A stretch of 63,454 nt of DNA, counting the filler, from Octopus bimaculoides (Eukaryota), in assembly GCF_001194135.2 (NCBI RefSeq). It is 6 parts of 6 records of this genome, joined end to end, with 100 filler letters (N's around TTAATTAATTAA, not from the genome) between each part and the next. Parts side by side here need not be neighbours in the genome. Positions count along the whole stretch, not along the records: positions 1 to 12,106 come from NC_069000.1; 5 more parts are not named here. One strand, 5' to 3'. This document shows, one piece after another, positions 1 through 11,099 of this stretch (positions are counted from its first letter, which is position 1; every line of letters starts with the position of its first letter). The notes under the pieces were generated by a model. The model was not told where the DNA came from and ran no database searches. It was given only the letters and a program-made list of their open reading frames with translations. The translations under genes and the position numbers were made by a program.

Positions 1-30
<30 letters not shown>

Positions 31-34
<4 letters not shown>

Positions 35-180
35 AGAATTCACAAAATAAAACAACAGACGAAGACAGGTGGTGTAGAAAACAAACAGATGTATTATTAT
101 AACGCTCGGGAATTGAAAAAGCGTTTAACGTTTCGAGCCTAAGCTCTTCCACAGAAAGGAACACAGAAAGAAAGAAGGAG
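31..180 (-). repeat. Dispersed repeat with a GAGC-N4-GCTC-GAAACGT hairpin head (partner 49151-49245, +)
   Basis: The reverse complement aligns with 49157-49245 (TCCCGAGCGTT...TAATACATCTGTTTGTTTTCTACACCACCTG). Confidence 0.7.
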
Positions 181-482
181 AGAAAAAAATGTGTGTAATG
201 GTCAGCGATCTATCATTGCGATACATATATATATATATATATATACAACATGGTGCTTTCATTTCCCGTCAACTAAATTCACTCACAAACTTCTGGTCAG
301 CCCTAACTACAGTCATGGACACCTGGTGGACAACATGCCGCGCAGTGAGACTGAACCCGAAACCATGTGACTGGAAAACAAGCTTCTTACCTCATACAGC
401 CATTCCTGTTTGTTTTGTTAGTCATATCATATTTTGTCTGTTGTACCACGATCATAGGATAGCAAGTGTCGATGGAAAATTC

Positions 483-757
483 TATGGAGCCCACAATAAA
501 GGCTTTGAAAGGGAAAAAAAACACTTGAAATTGGATTTAAACTGTGCCATCCTCGACGAGTGTGTCACCTCTTTTTATTTCTGACTAATATGTTCACAAA
601 ATATCCCATTTCTCTCTCCCTCTCCCTCCCTCTCTCTCTCACTCTCTCTATCTCCTCCTCACTCTCTCTCTCTCTCTTTATCTATCGTTATCTCTCTCTC
701 TTTATCTATCTATCTACCTACCTACCTACCTATCTAACTATCTACCTACCTACCTAC

Positions 758-797
<40 letters not shown>

Positions 798-1055
798 ATC
801 TATCTATCTTTATCTCTCTCTCTCTTTCTCTCTTTATCTATCTATCTATCTGTCTATCTGTTTCTTTCTTTGTGTCTTTCTTCTTTACACCCTTCTCACT
901 TTCTCTCTCTCTCTCTCTTTGTGTCTCTATGGAGCCCACAGTAAAGGTTTTGAAAGGAAAAAAAACATTTGAAATTGGATTTAAACTGTGCCATCCTCGA
1001 CGAGTGTGTCACCTTTTTTATTTCTGACTAATACGTTCTCAAAATATCCCATCTC
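483..1055 (+). repeat. About 130-bp direct repeat (483-615 and 927-1055) around a CT/ATCT microsatellite block
   Basis: Both copies read CTATGGAGCCCACA...TGTGCCATCCTCGACGAGTGTGTCACCT...AAAATATCCCAT, with a few substitutions. Confidence 0.85.
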
Positions 1056-1472
1056 TCTCTCTCTCTCTCACTCTCTCTCTCTTCTTCACTCTCTCAATCT
1101 CTTCTTCACTCTCTCTATCTCTTCTTCACTCTCTCTATCTCTTCTTCACTCTCTCTATCTCTTCTTCACTCTCTCTATCTCTTCTTCACTCTCTTTCTCT
1201 TTCTCTATCTGTCTATCTGTTTCTTTCTCTGTGTCTCTCTTCCTCTCTCCCTTCTCTCTCTCTCTCTCTCTCTATCTCTTCTTCACTCTCTCTCTATCTG
1301 TTTCTTTCTCTGTGTCTCTCTTCCTCTCTCCCCTCTCTCCCTTCTCTCTCTCTCTCTATCTTATCTTCACTCTCTCTATCTCTTCTTCACTCTCTCTATC
1401 TCTTCTTCACGCTCTCTCTCTCTTTCTCTATCTGTCTACCTGTTTCTTTCTCTGTGTCTCTCTTTCTCTCTC

Positions 1473-1565
<93 letters not shown>
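1056..1565. repeat. Compound CT-rich tandem repeats (CTCTTCTTCACTCTCTCTAT-type units) ending in a pure (CT)n run
   Basis: Direct inspection. Source of the spurious Leu/Ser ORFs. Confidence 0.9.
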
Positions 1566-1566
<1 letters not shown>

Positions 1567-1734
1567 CACTTCTACTTTTTCTTTGTCTCACTCTTGTCGG
1601 TCTCTCATTATTCACAATCAAACTGTCAGTTTCCTTTCGATATTACTCATCAACAATTTCTATTTTGTTTCTAATTTAAGTAATTTTCGTCCTCATTCCC
1701 GTTTCACTCGACCTCTAGCTCTTCCTATTACGGC

Positions 1735-1825
<91 letters not shown>

Positions 1826-2694
1826 ATGTTTATCTCTATCACTCACTCAAACCAAACCACTCTCTCTTTCACTCAATCCCCTCCTCTCTCATTAGTTCTT
1901 AGTCTTTCTTTTCGACGTATAATTTCTCTCGCGAAACTCGACCCTTTTATTTCCTTGTCTGATGAATCAAACCAGGATATGCAATTACAATCATTCTTTT
2001 TTTCTTCATATTTTTACTCCTGGCCCGTTTGTTCGAATCAAACCCTTCTATGTGTGTGTGTGTGTGTAGATTTATACAATTCTAAATATGCATTTATCGG
2101 ATTCAAATGAAATGATTCTAAACAGTTAAACCTGGATATCGCTATTATCACGTAACTATGAGTTGTCTGTGTTAATTGTTACATATACAACAACTTCACT
2201 TCATAACGTTCACACTTATATTCCTGTCGGTTTTGGATTTGTACATATCTGTTAATTAATTGANNNNNNNNNNNNNNNNNNNNNNNNNNNNNNNNNNNNN
2301 NNNNNNNNNNNNNNNNNNNNNNNNNNNNNNNNNNNNNNNNNNNNNNNNNNNNNNNNNNNNNNNNNNNNNNNNNNNNNNNNNNNNNNNNNNNNNNNNNNNN
2401 NNNNNNNNNNNNNNNNNNNNNNNNNNNNNNNNNNNNNNNNNNNNNNNNNNNNNNNNNNNNNNNNNNNNNNNNNNNNNNNNNNNNNNNNNNNNNNNNNNNN
2501 NNNNNNNNNNNNNNNNNNNNNNNNNNNNNNNNNNNNNNNNNNNNNNNNNNNNNNNNNNCACACTTATATTCCTGTCGGTTTTGGATTTGTACATATCTGT
2601 TAATTAATTGACTTCATTATATCACGAATAAGCTAATTGGTTGCGAAGAATTAATAGAAAGTTCTCAAGCATTTATATTTTATTCGGATCAAAC

Positions 2695-2818
2695 ATGACG
2701 TCTCGTGGTTATATTACTGTTGGTGGAGGGTCGTCTTGGCGTTCTTCAGGTTTGCCTAACAGACTGTTGATGTCGATGATGTTGATGATAATGATTACGT
2801 TTTCTTACACACAAGACT
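2695..2818 (+). CDS. IgSF gene, putative first coding exon (leader/signal peptide): MTSRGYITVGGGSSWRSSGLPNRLLMSMMLMIMITFSYTQD
   Basis: AAACATG start at 2695, hydrophobic stretch LLMSMMLMIMITFSY at the exon end, and a strong phase-1 donor T|GTAAGT at 2818/2819. The phase matches the acceptors of both V-like exons. Confidence 0.65.
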
Positions 2819-2865
2819 GTAAGTGAAAGACAATACATTTATTTTCTCAGCTCTTACCTCTCATC

Positions 2866-2924
<59 letters not shown>

Positions 2925-4189
2925 GTGGACACTGTATTTTGGGGTCCTTAATGTTAGTCGAGTCGATCCCTCTCCAAAAGTGACTCGGCTGATTTCTTCC
3001 AGAAAGGAAGGAGAGACTAATCGATCCAGTACGGGACTGGTATATTATTTATCTACTGCACAAGATAAATCTAAACTCAAAAGGACTTAAATTTAAAGGG
3101 CAGAACTCCATCTCCCCTATTCCCAGAATAAATGCCTCTAAAGACTCCACCAATTCGTAATTCCCATCTCAGGTTAATATATTGTTATATTGTCACCCAG
3201 TAAGTGAGAGATGCGGGGTTCAATTTCTATCACTTAACTTCTACTCCTTGTCCTTTTGCTTTATATATATTTCCATTTTCCTTATTTTACTAAGTTTATT
3301 TTTTTCTTTCCTGTCAACTCACCAACGGTTTCTCTTTGTATATATTGAAGTGAAGATAAGCGTCTGTAGTATGTTTTAGATATTACTTCAACATCTACAA
3401 CGACAATATTTGTTTTATTTTAGTTGTTTCAATTTCAAGTCATCTTTAACTCTCATCGTTCACTAGAATCGCCATTCTTTCATTACGGATTGTGTAACAT
3501 GGTGAACAAAGAAACGAAAGATCTGAGAAATCGAACGCATTTGATAATCGATGACAGCCAGTAATATTTCTGTAATAACGCAAAACTGAACTAAAAGATA
3601 TTTTTTCTATTCTATAATAATCTGTTACAAAATAAGATGAAAGGTCATTTCTGGACTGTTAATGTATTGAAGACTCGGTGTTGTAACTTCGAACTGTGAA
3701 TGCCCTAAATCTAACCCTACATTTTTATGTTTCAAACATCATGATTTATGATAACCAAAAACTGTTTCAATATTTTAATTTTTCACCCATTCTACTATTT
3801 AAAATTTCCTCAAATAAACTTTTCCAAAAGTTCAAATTTTTCTACACCAAATCTGGAAATTTTACGGTTTAAACTTTGTTACTTCCTAGGTTTGTTTTAG
3901 GGGATTTTATTTTGAAAATTTGGCCAATACTACGATTGACCCTAATATAGAATGTCTCAATATGTATTTTGTCTCTTCCTTTTCAATAATGTCACAGCAA
4001 CCCAAACAATCGTGATGTGCGGAAACCTCCGGATTTTATGCAACACCGTTGATCATAATGCATGACACTCACAGATGGCAAACCACACACACTCGCACAC
4101 ACATATATTCGATGCTGGAACGTAAAGTATGATCTTCAGTGAGATGCAGGTGTGGTGTACCTGGAAGAATAAATTTGTCGGTCTCACAT

Positions 4190-5171
4190 ACGACAGTCGA
4201 AGCAAGATGAGGAGGACATTAGTCCAGATGTGTATACAAGAACGGTAACTCTTGGTCTCTAAAATTCAGACAAAATTTCTTTCTTCTTGTTTGCTGTTTG
4301 CTGTAATTAAGATCCCTTTTCTTCCTTCTTTCCCATCATTTTCGGTATTCTCTTCTTTTCCAATTCTTCTTTTCCCTTTTCTTCTTTATCTCCAGCTAAT
4401 CCTTTCTTCTTCTTTTTCTCCATTTATATGTAATTTTCTAATAAATTCTCTCTCTTCCATTTTCATTCCTTTATAGCTATTGAAATGACCAGCCTGACAC
4501 CTGCTGATGGTTTCACAATTGGAGGAGGAAATACAATGAATATTACATGTTCATATAATATGAGAAATTTCCTTAAGTTCAAGGTAGTCAAAAACAACAG
4601 CACCGTTGTAGAGATGCAATACAGCATAAGTAATATGGTCTTTCAAATCGTGCAAACAAGAGGTTTCGATTGTACTTTCCCAGGAACTGGAACATCTGAT
4701 TTGGTTAATTGCTGGAAAAGTAACCTCACTTGCGATGATGTGGCATCATACACATGTTCGACAAACACAGTCACTTCCTCTCCAAAGTCTCTAAAAGGTC
4801 AGTTCACCATCTAAGTCATTGGTTTTCCTTATTCCACATTATTACTTTCAGAATTCAAACCGTTACAAAATTTATTACTATTATTATTATCATTACTATT
4901 ATTGAGTGAGAGAGCAGTGCATGCCATCAAAGTGATACTGGGGTAAAATATACGAACCCCATTATACCCATCATGACTACACGTCTGATAAGGGTACACC
5001 AGGCACATCCATCACAACCATATGTCCGCGACATGGCGATCTCATATCAAGATAAACAGCGCACGACCTCGCAGGTGGGGCTCAGTTAGAATTTTCTTCA
5101 GGTCGAGTAGCCCATCACGCTCAAAAGGTCCCTGAATAAGGTTTGTTTAAGGATCCTCTTCAACATCATCA

Positions 5172-5226
<55 letters not shown>

Positions 5227-5356
5227 CATATAGATTACACCTGCATGTTTCTTACAATCACGAATATCTTCATATAAAACAACGCAGAAATTTTAATGGA
5301 TGGGGTTTTTCTAAGGATGTGGGCAGTACTTGTCAGCACAGTCTTTTGGATTTCTC
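4190..5356 (+). repeat. Segmental duplication, copy 1 (partner about 7456-9035)
   Basis: Homology seen directly: 4190-4871 vs 7456-8158, and 5270-5356 vs 8942-9034. Boundaries approximate. Confidence 0.85.
4477..4797 (+). CDS. IgSF gene, V-like Ig domain exon, copy 1 (321 nt, phase 1-1)
   Basis: Long polypyrimidine tract ending TTATAG| at 4476 and donor AAG|GTCAGT at 4797/4798. The open frame has a B-strand ITC and an F-strand D-x-A-x-Y-x-C motif (CDDVASYTC). Confidence 0.85.
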
Positions 5357-5690
5357 AGGGATATTCCTCACTTGGGATGTTATCTAGATGTTTCTGGCAA
5401 CCCATTTTTATCATACCTAGGGCATGTACAATAATGGAAACAGTTCTCACTTTAAGATGCCGCATCTTTTGTATTTCAATCTCCAAGTCCTTATAATTAC
5501 TTTATTTGTCAAATTCCTTGGCATATATATTTTTATCAGTGGGAACACTTATATCTATAAGTCTACGAGTATATTCTTCCTTGTCTTTAATGACTATGTC
5601 TGGTCGATTAGCCTTGATCGTTCTGTCAGTGTTGGCTTGAAAATCTCAGAGGATAGTGACATTCTTACCTTCAACGACTGGTCCATGATA
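5290..5690 (-). mobile_element. Non-LTR retrotransposon remnant, restriction-like endonuclease C-terminus (R4/Dong-like)
   Basis: Minus-strand translation includes TIL*DFQANTDRTIKANRPDIVIKDK...LIDISVPTDKNIYAKEFDK...YKDLEIEIQKM...ALG, the RPD...D...E-x-x-K pattern of RLE elements. Disrupted. Confidence 0.75.
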
Positions 5691-5912
5691 ATGTCCATAC
5701 CAATAAGAAGGTGTGCTGGTTTTTCGTAATGTTTATATATTTTCCAATACAAAAACTGTCCTACACTGTCGTGTCAATTTTTGTATTCATTTGGTGTCAA
5801 CCCATGACATCCCGAGACGAGAGGTGAACAACATTTTAGGTTTGTATCATCACTATCAATGCATCCATGCAATATATTGTAATGTCATTATTGTTCTCAC
5901 ATTTCTTTTCAG

Positions 5913-6212
5913 TGAAATCTTCTATTAAGAACATGACACGCGTTGACTCTCACTAGGATGGAAACAAGATATCTACATTCAAGTGTACAGCAAATGTTGC
6001 ATTACCATCTACAGCTCCTGTTAAATTTCAATGGAAAATACAACTCGATAATCGTCAAGATCCGATTTATGAAGACAAAGAGGCCATCGTTCCAAATTCT
6101 ACAGAGTGTTATGTTGTAGCTTCTTCACAATATCGGCATAACGATACGTTCGGTGGCCTCGAAAAGATTTCATGTACAGTATTTGGCCAAACATTAGATC
6201 TCTCGTATACAA
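5913..6212 (+). pseudogene. IgSF gene, C2/C-like Ig domain exon (300 nt, phase 1-1) with one in-frame TAG at 5954-5956
   Basis: Acceptor TTTCTTTTCAG| and donor A|GTAAGC. Translation: (V)KSSIKNMTRVDSH*DGNKISTFKCTANVALPSTAPVKFQWKIQLDNRQDPIYEDKEAIVPNSTECYVVASSQYRHNDTFGGLEKISCTVFGQTLDLSYT. It shows the Ig C...W...C spacing. Not in the ORF track. Confidence 0.75.
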
Positions 6213-7234
6213 GTAAGCAAATATTTTTGATCTTGCACTGCTTAATCTATTTATATTTTTTCTTCATATATGGTGAAATTTGTTGTAGGCCTGGTGTTGT
6301 GTTACTAGAAATAGATCGCTGCAGTTTATCTCCTCGTTGACAGAAAACATTGTTGCATTTCTAAATGTTTATGGTTGAGCGGTTAAGTATTGAATGTTTT
6401 TATAAAAGTCTTAACCTCAAACCCAAACAGAAAAATATGTCATAAATTTATGATGGCCCATCCTAACATTACGGCAGACTACTTCTTTCAATAACAATAT
6501 AAATTACTTACAGCTTTTAGCTAATCTCGAAAACAAGTCACGATTTTTTGAGGTCACCCTCCTAGAATTAACAATATTCGTGTGGTTCGTAGGTTTAATG
6601 TTTCTATTCGTAATCTGGCATTTGTTTCTGTGAATATGAAGGCGAAACTCAGCGCCATTAGAATGCACTGCTGCTTTGTTAGTCCGAAAGATGAGGAATG
6701 GTTGATCATTTTATGCAGGAAGATGGAAGATATCAATCGGTGTAGAACAAAGCAAGGAGAATGAATTGGGAGCAAACAAGAAGTACAGACGACAGAAAAT
6801 AATCAGTACATATTCAGAGTTTACATAAGCTTCTCAGTAGGCTTAGCATAGCGATGAACGCCTTATGGCAGTCTTTCATGTAAAACAAAGATCAAGGGAA
6901 AAAAGTACAATAACAGCACGACCACATCCTCTACCTCATTTATCCACAGTACAATGAAATAATGAAAAGAGGCAGTAACAGTAAAGTGTAGTATTATAGC
7001 TAGTGGATATGAGTTCAATTCCTGAGTTAGTCAAGCTTATATAACAGTTCTGGTTAAAGCTTTGTAAACAAGACCAAAATTAATAAAGACCCTAATTAAT
7101 AATGAGAAAATCCCTGATTCATGTGCAAGACAGAACGAGGATGATCTAACTAAATGGTAGGTTACCAGTCTCTTGAAATGTTATTTAATGGGAGAGGTAC
7201 CTGGAGATCTCCAGAGGATACAACAGCTGGAACA

Positions 7235-7455
7235 TTCTTTTCTTTTCTATTCGAGGCACAAGCCCGAAATTTTGGTAGGAGGTGGCCATTCGATTAGATC
7301 GACCTCAGTATGCAACTGGTACTTAATTTATCGACTCCGAAAGTATGAAAAGCAAAGTCGACCTCGGCGGAATTTGAACTGAGAACGTAAAGACGGACGA
7401 AATACCGCTAAGCATTTCGCCCAGCGTGTTAAACTTTCTGCCAGCCCGTCGCCTT
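7235..7455 (-). mobile_element. SINE family B (…TTCTGAGTTCAAATTCCGCCGAGGTCGACTTTG…GGTCGATAAATTAAGTACCAGTT…)
   Basis: Reverse complement of the family seen at 21460-21672. Lies immediately upstream of duplication copy 2. Confidence 0.85.
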
Positions 7456-8165
7456 ACGACAGCCGAAGCATTGCGACTATAATGAGCAAGATGAGGAGGA
7501 AATTAGTCCAGATATGTATACACGAACAGTAACTCTTGGTCTCTGAAATTCAGATAAAATTTGTTTCTTCTTGTTTGCTGTTTGCTGTAATTAAGATCCC
7601 TTTTCTTCCTTCTTTCCCATCATTTTCGGTATTCTCTTCTTTTCCAATTCTTCTTTTCCCTTTTCTTCCTCTTTATCTCCAACTAATCCTTTCTTCTTCT
7701 TTTTCTCCATTTATATGTAATTTTCTAATAAATTATCTCTCTTCCATTTTCATTCCTTTATAGTTATTGAAATGACCAGCCTGACACCTGCTGATGGTTT
7801 CACAATTGGAGGAAGAAATACAATGACTATTACATGTTCATATAATATGATGAATTTCCGTACGTTCAACATCATAAAAAACAACAGCACCGTTGTAGAG
7901 ATTCAAAAGTACGTACCTTATGATATACTTGGAATCATGCAAACCGGACGTTTCGATTGTACATTACAAAGAACTGGAACACCTGGTTTGGTTAAATGTT
8001 CGAAAAGTAACCTCACTTGCTATGATGTGGCATCATACACATGTTCGACAAACACAGTCACTTCCTCTCCAAAGTCTCTAAAAGGTCAGTTCACCATCTA
8101 AGTCATTGGTTTTCCTTATTCCACATTATTACTTTCAGAATTCAAACCGTTACAAAATATATTAC

Positions 8166-8227
<62 letters not shown>

Positions 8228-8743
8228 NNNNNNNNNNNNNNNNNNNNNNNNNNNNNNNNNNNNNNNNNNNNNNNNNNNNNNNNNNNNNNNNNNNNNNNNN
8301 NNNNNNNNNNNNNNNNNNNNNNNNNNNNNNNNNNNNNNNNNNNNNNNNNNNNNNNNNNNNNNNNNNNNNNNNNNNNNNNNNNNNNNNNNNNNNNNNNNNN
8401 NNNNNNNNNNNNNNNNNNNNNNNNNNNNNNNNNNNNNNNNNNNNNNNNNNNNNNNNNNNNNNNNNNNNNNNNNNNNNNNNNNNNNNNNNNNNNNNNNNNN
8501 NNNNNNNNNNNNNNNNNNNNNNNNNNNNNNNNNNNNNNNNNNNNNNNNNNNNNNNNNNNNNNNNNNNNNNNNNNNNNNNNNNNNNNNNNNNNNNNNNNNN
8601 NNNNNNNNNNNNNNNNNNNNNNNNNNNNNNNNNNNNNNNNNNNNNNNNNNNNNNNNNNNNNNNNNNNNNNNNNNNNNNNNNNNNNNNNNNNNNNNNNNNN
8701 NAAAGCATTTTTTTCTTTCATGATCTTTGACAACTACATTATT

Positions 8744-8790
<47 letters not shown>

Positions 8791-9034
8791 TTTTATTATT
8801 ATTATTATTATTATAGATTTAGCCTGCAGTTTCCTTACAATTACTTGCCGAGACACACCCACCATTCTAGGGCGAGTGAAGGATAGGGGACGTTGCAGTG
8901 TCATTGAAAGTTTGGGGAGGGGGAATGTCAGGGACAGTAGCGAATATTTTCATATAAAACAACACAGAAATTTTAATGGATGGGGTTTTTCTAAGGATGT
9001 GGGCAGTACTTGTCAACACAGTCTTTTGGATTTC

Positions 9035-9035
<1 letters not shown>
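7456..9035 (+). repeat. Segmental duplication, copy 2 (includes N gap 8228-8701)
   Basis: Begins right after a SINE tail (ACGACAGCCGAAGCA...) and ends at ...TTGGATTTCT followed by (GT)n. Confidence 0.8.
7764..8084 (+). CDS. IgSF gene, V-like Ig domain exon, copy 2 (321 nt, phase 1-1)
   Basis: Paralog of 4477-4797 with the same length and splice sites (TTATAG|, AAG|GTCAGT). Open frame, all five Cys conserved. Confidence 0.85.
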
Positions 9036-9072
<37 letters not shown>

Positions 9073-10620
9073 TGTGTGTGTGCGTGCGTGCGTGCTGATT
9101 GTTTAGACCGACCTATTTTATGTAGGAATGAATTCGATTTGCAAAAAAATATGTTAAGTAATTCAAAGTCGGTGCTCCAGCATGGCCACTGTCAAATGAG
9201 TGAAACAGATAAAAGAGTAATTCTTAACTATTAGCTTCGATTTAATGAAATCTATCTCAATGACCATATTCTTTAAGCAAAACTTCAAAAAGCAGACTGA
9301 TTTTCAAATGCATTTATCTATAATAATTTTACATTGGTTTACATATAAAATACATATATATATATATAATACAGTCTCTTAATATATTTCCTGTAACAAT
9401 AATGTCTTTTAAGCAATGTTAAATCTCTGAACGAGGTATTAAAATGTTTTTTAACTTTTAAATCAAAACATTTTTGATGTAGTTCTTAACTAATTTTACT
9501 TTTAACTCTTTTATTAACTTAACAAAAGTCCACTTTAACCTGATGAAACTATGTCAACATATTCAGACTGCCTCTATATAATACTGTAACTCCAAATGTG
9601 GAATTGTTGATATTGTATTTCTGCAGTTAGTGGCTAACAGGAGTTATAATTAACAAGCTTGATATCTAAAAATTTATAAGCATCTTGTAAAATCTTGTAC
9701 GGGTGAAAATTCATTTCAATCGCTTGTCGATACCAAATTCAGTAAACGGAAGTATAAATCTGGAAATATAAATAATAAATAAATATATGAGAAATCATTT
9801 GAATGGGGATAAGACAACTAAGTAGTGTCGGTGGGTGGAACCTAAATCTAAGAGGGATAAACAGAACGATAAAAGAAAGATCACAGGAGAACACACCAAC
9901 AGGGGAAGTAACCAACATTTCGACTAGGACGAGACTCGGGTTTGAGAGAAGTAACACCAAAGAATATATAAATATACAGAGATGTATTGATATGTATTTA
10001 GGCTCAATGTAAAACTAGGCCCACGAGGGTATTTTGTGTTGCTGACGATGTGTATAGGCTTCTTGTGTGTTTGTGTGAACTGAGAGACTTGATCGAAGAG
10101 TTTGGTGAATAAACTGGAGTATTCAAGGTTATCAATAGTACTTTGGTTCATCTCCAGTAAGAACAAATTCCAACAAAAGCAAAATGCGAACCAGATGAAC
10201 GGGAGGTGGGTATGTGCGGGTCCTAATATTGTATTCACCGAGATGCACGCGAAATTCCAGTTGTCTCTGATGGTCGTAGCGAGGTAAGGAGTGAAGATTA
10301 TATCTTGCAAATCCAATTTCATTTTTACCTAAGGTGCAATACTAACGCTTACATCGATGTGTTGGTCACAATGGTCAAGCCTTAACTGGACGGGTGCGAC
10401 CAAGAAAACACTTGCATGTATTCTAGCATGACTTTGTTCTCACCCACGTCGTTCTTGGTTCTCGAGCAGCTGTTGATCGTGAAATTTCGTTATCTTTTTT
10501 GCCCTTAGATGAAGTCTCGTAGACTACAGATGCCAAACCAAGACGTTTTCCCCTTTTTAAGATGGATTTTATTGCAGCATTCAACATATATACATACATA
10601 TATGTCTATGTATGTGGGAT

Positions 10621-10957
10621 GACACCCTTCGGTCATGAATGACCCTGGGATTGCACCTAGGAAGTTACCCTCACAGGTACAAGTCCGGACAAGGTTGTTT
10701 GTGGAAGACCAGCAGTCGCCCATGCACACCGGCCTCCCCTCTCTACGCCACCAGTGTTATCCAAGAGAAAGGCAAAGGGGCCGATACAGCTCGGCACCAG
10801 TGACGTCGCAACTCATTTCCACAGCTGAGTTAACTGGAGCAATGTGAAATAAAGTGTCTTACTCAAGGACACAACACCCAGCCTGGTCCGCGAATCGAAC
10901 TCACAACCTCACGATCGTAAGCTCAGCGCTCTAACCACTGAACCACGCGCCTTCACT
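10621..10957 (-). mobile_element. tRNA-derived SINE, family C
   Basis: Reverse-complement homolog of 28321-28660, with a tRNA-like head at the 10957 end. Confidence 0.85.
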
Positions 10958-11099
10958 AAAAGAAAGACCTCGATATTAGGTAAATAGAGGATTATTAATA
11001 TATCTGTAATTTAGGACAAACTGTTTGTCCTAAATTATATAGGGTGACCCTATATGTATGTATGCATGCATGCATGTATGTATGCATGTATTCATTTAT

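Noticed and set aside
189-2110. Long Leu/Ser/Ile/Tyr-rich ORFs
   Set aside because: Translations of CT, ATCT and AT microsatellites. The same applies to the many [12 protein letters not shown] and poly-X ORFs across the window.
2212-2611. 52-bp direct repeat flanking an N gap (2212-2263 and 2559-2611)
   Set aside because: Identical sequence on both sides of a gap is typical of unmerged contig overlap.
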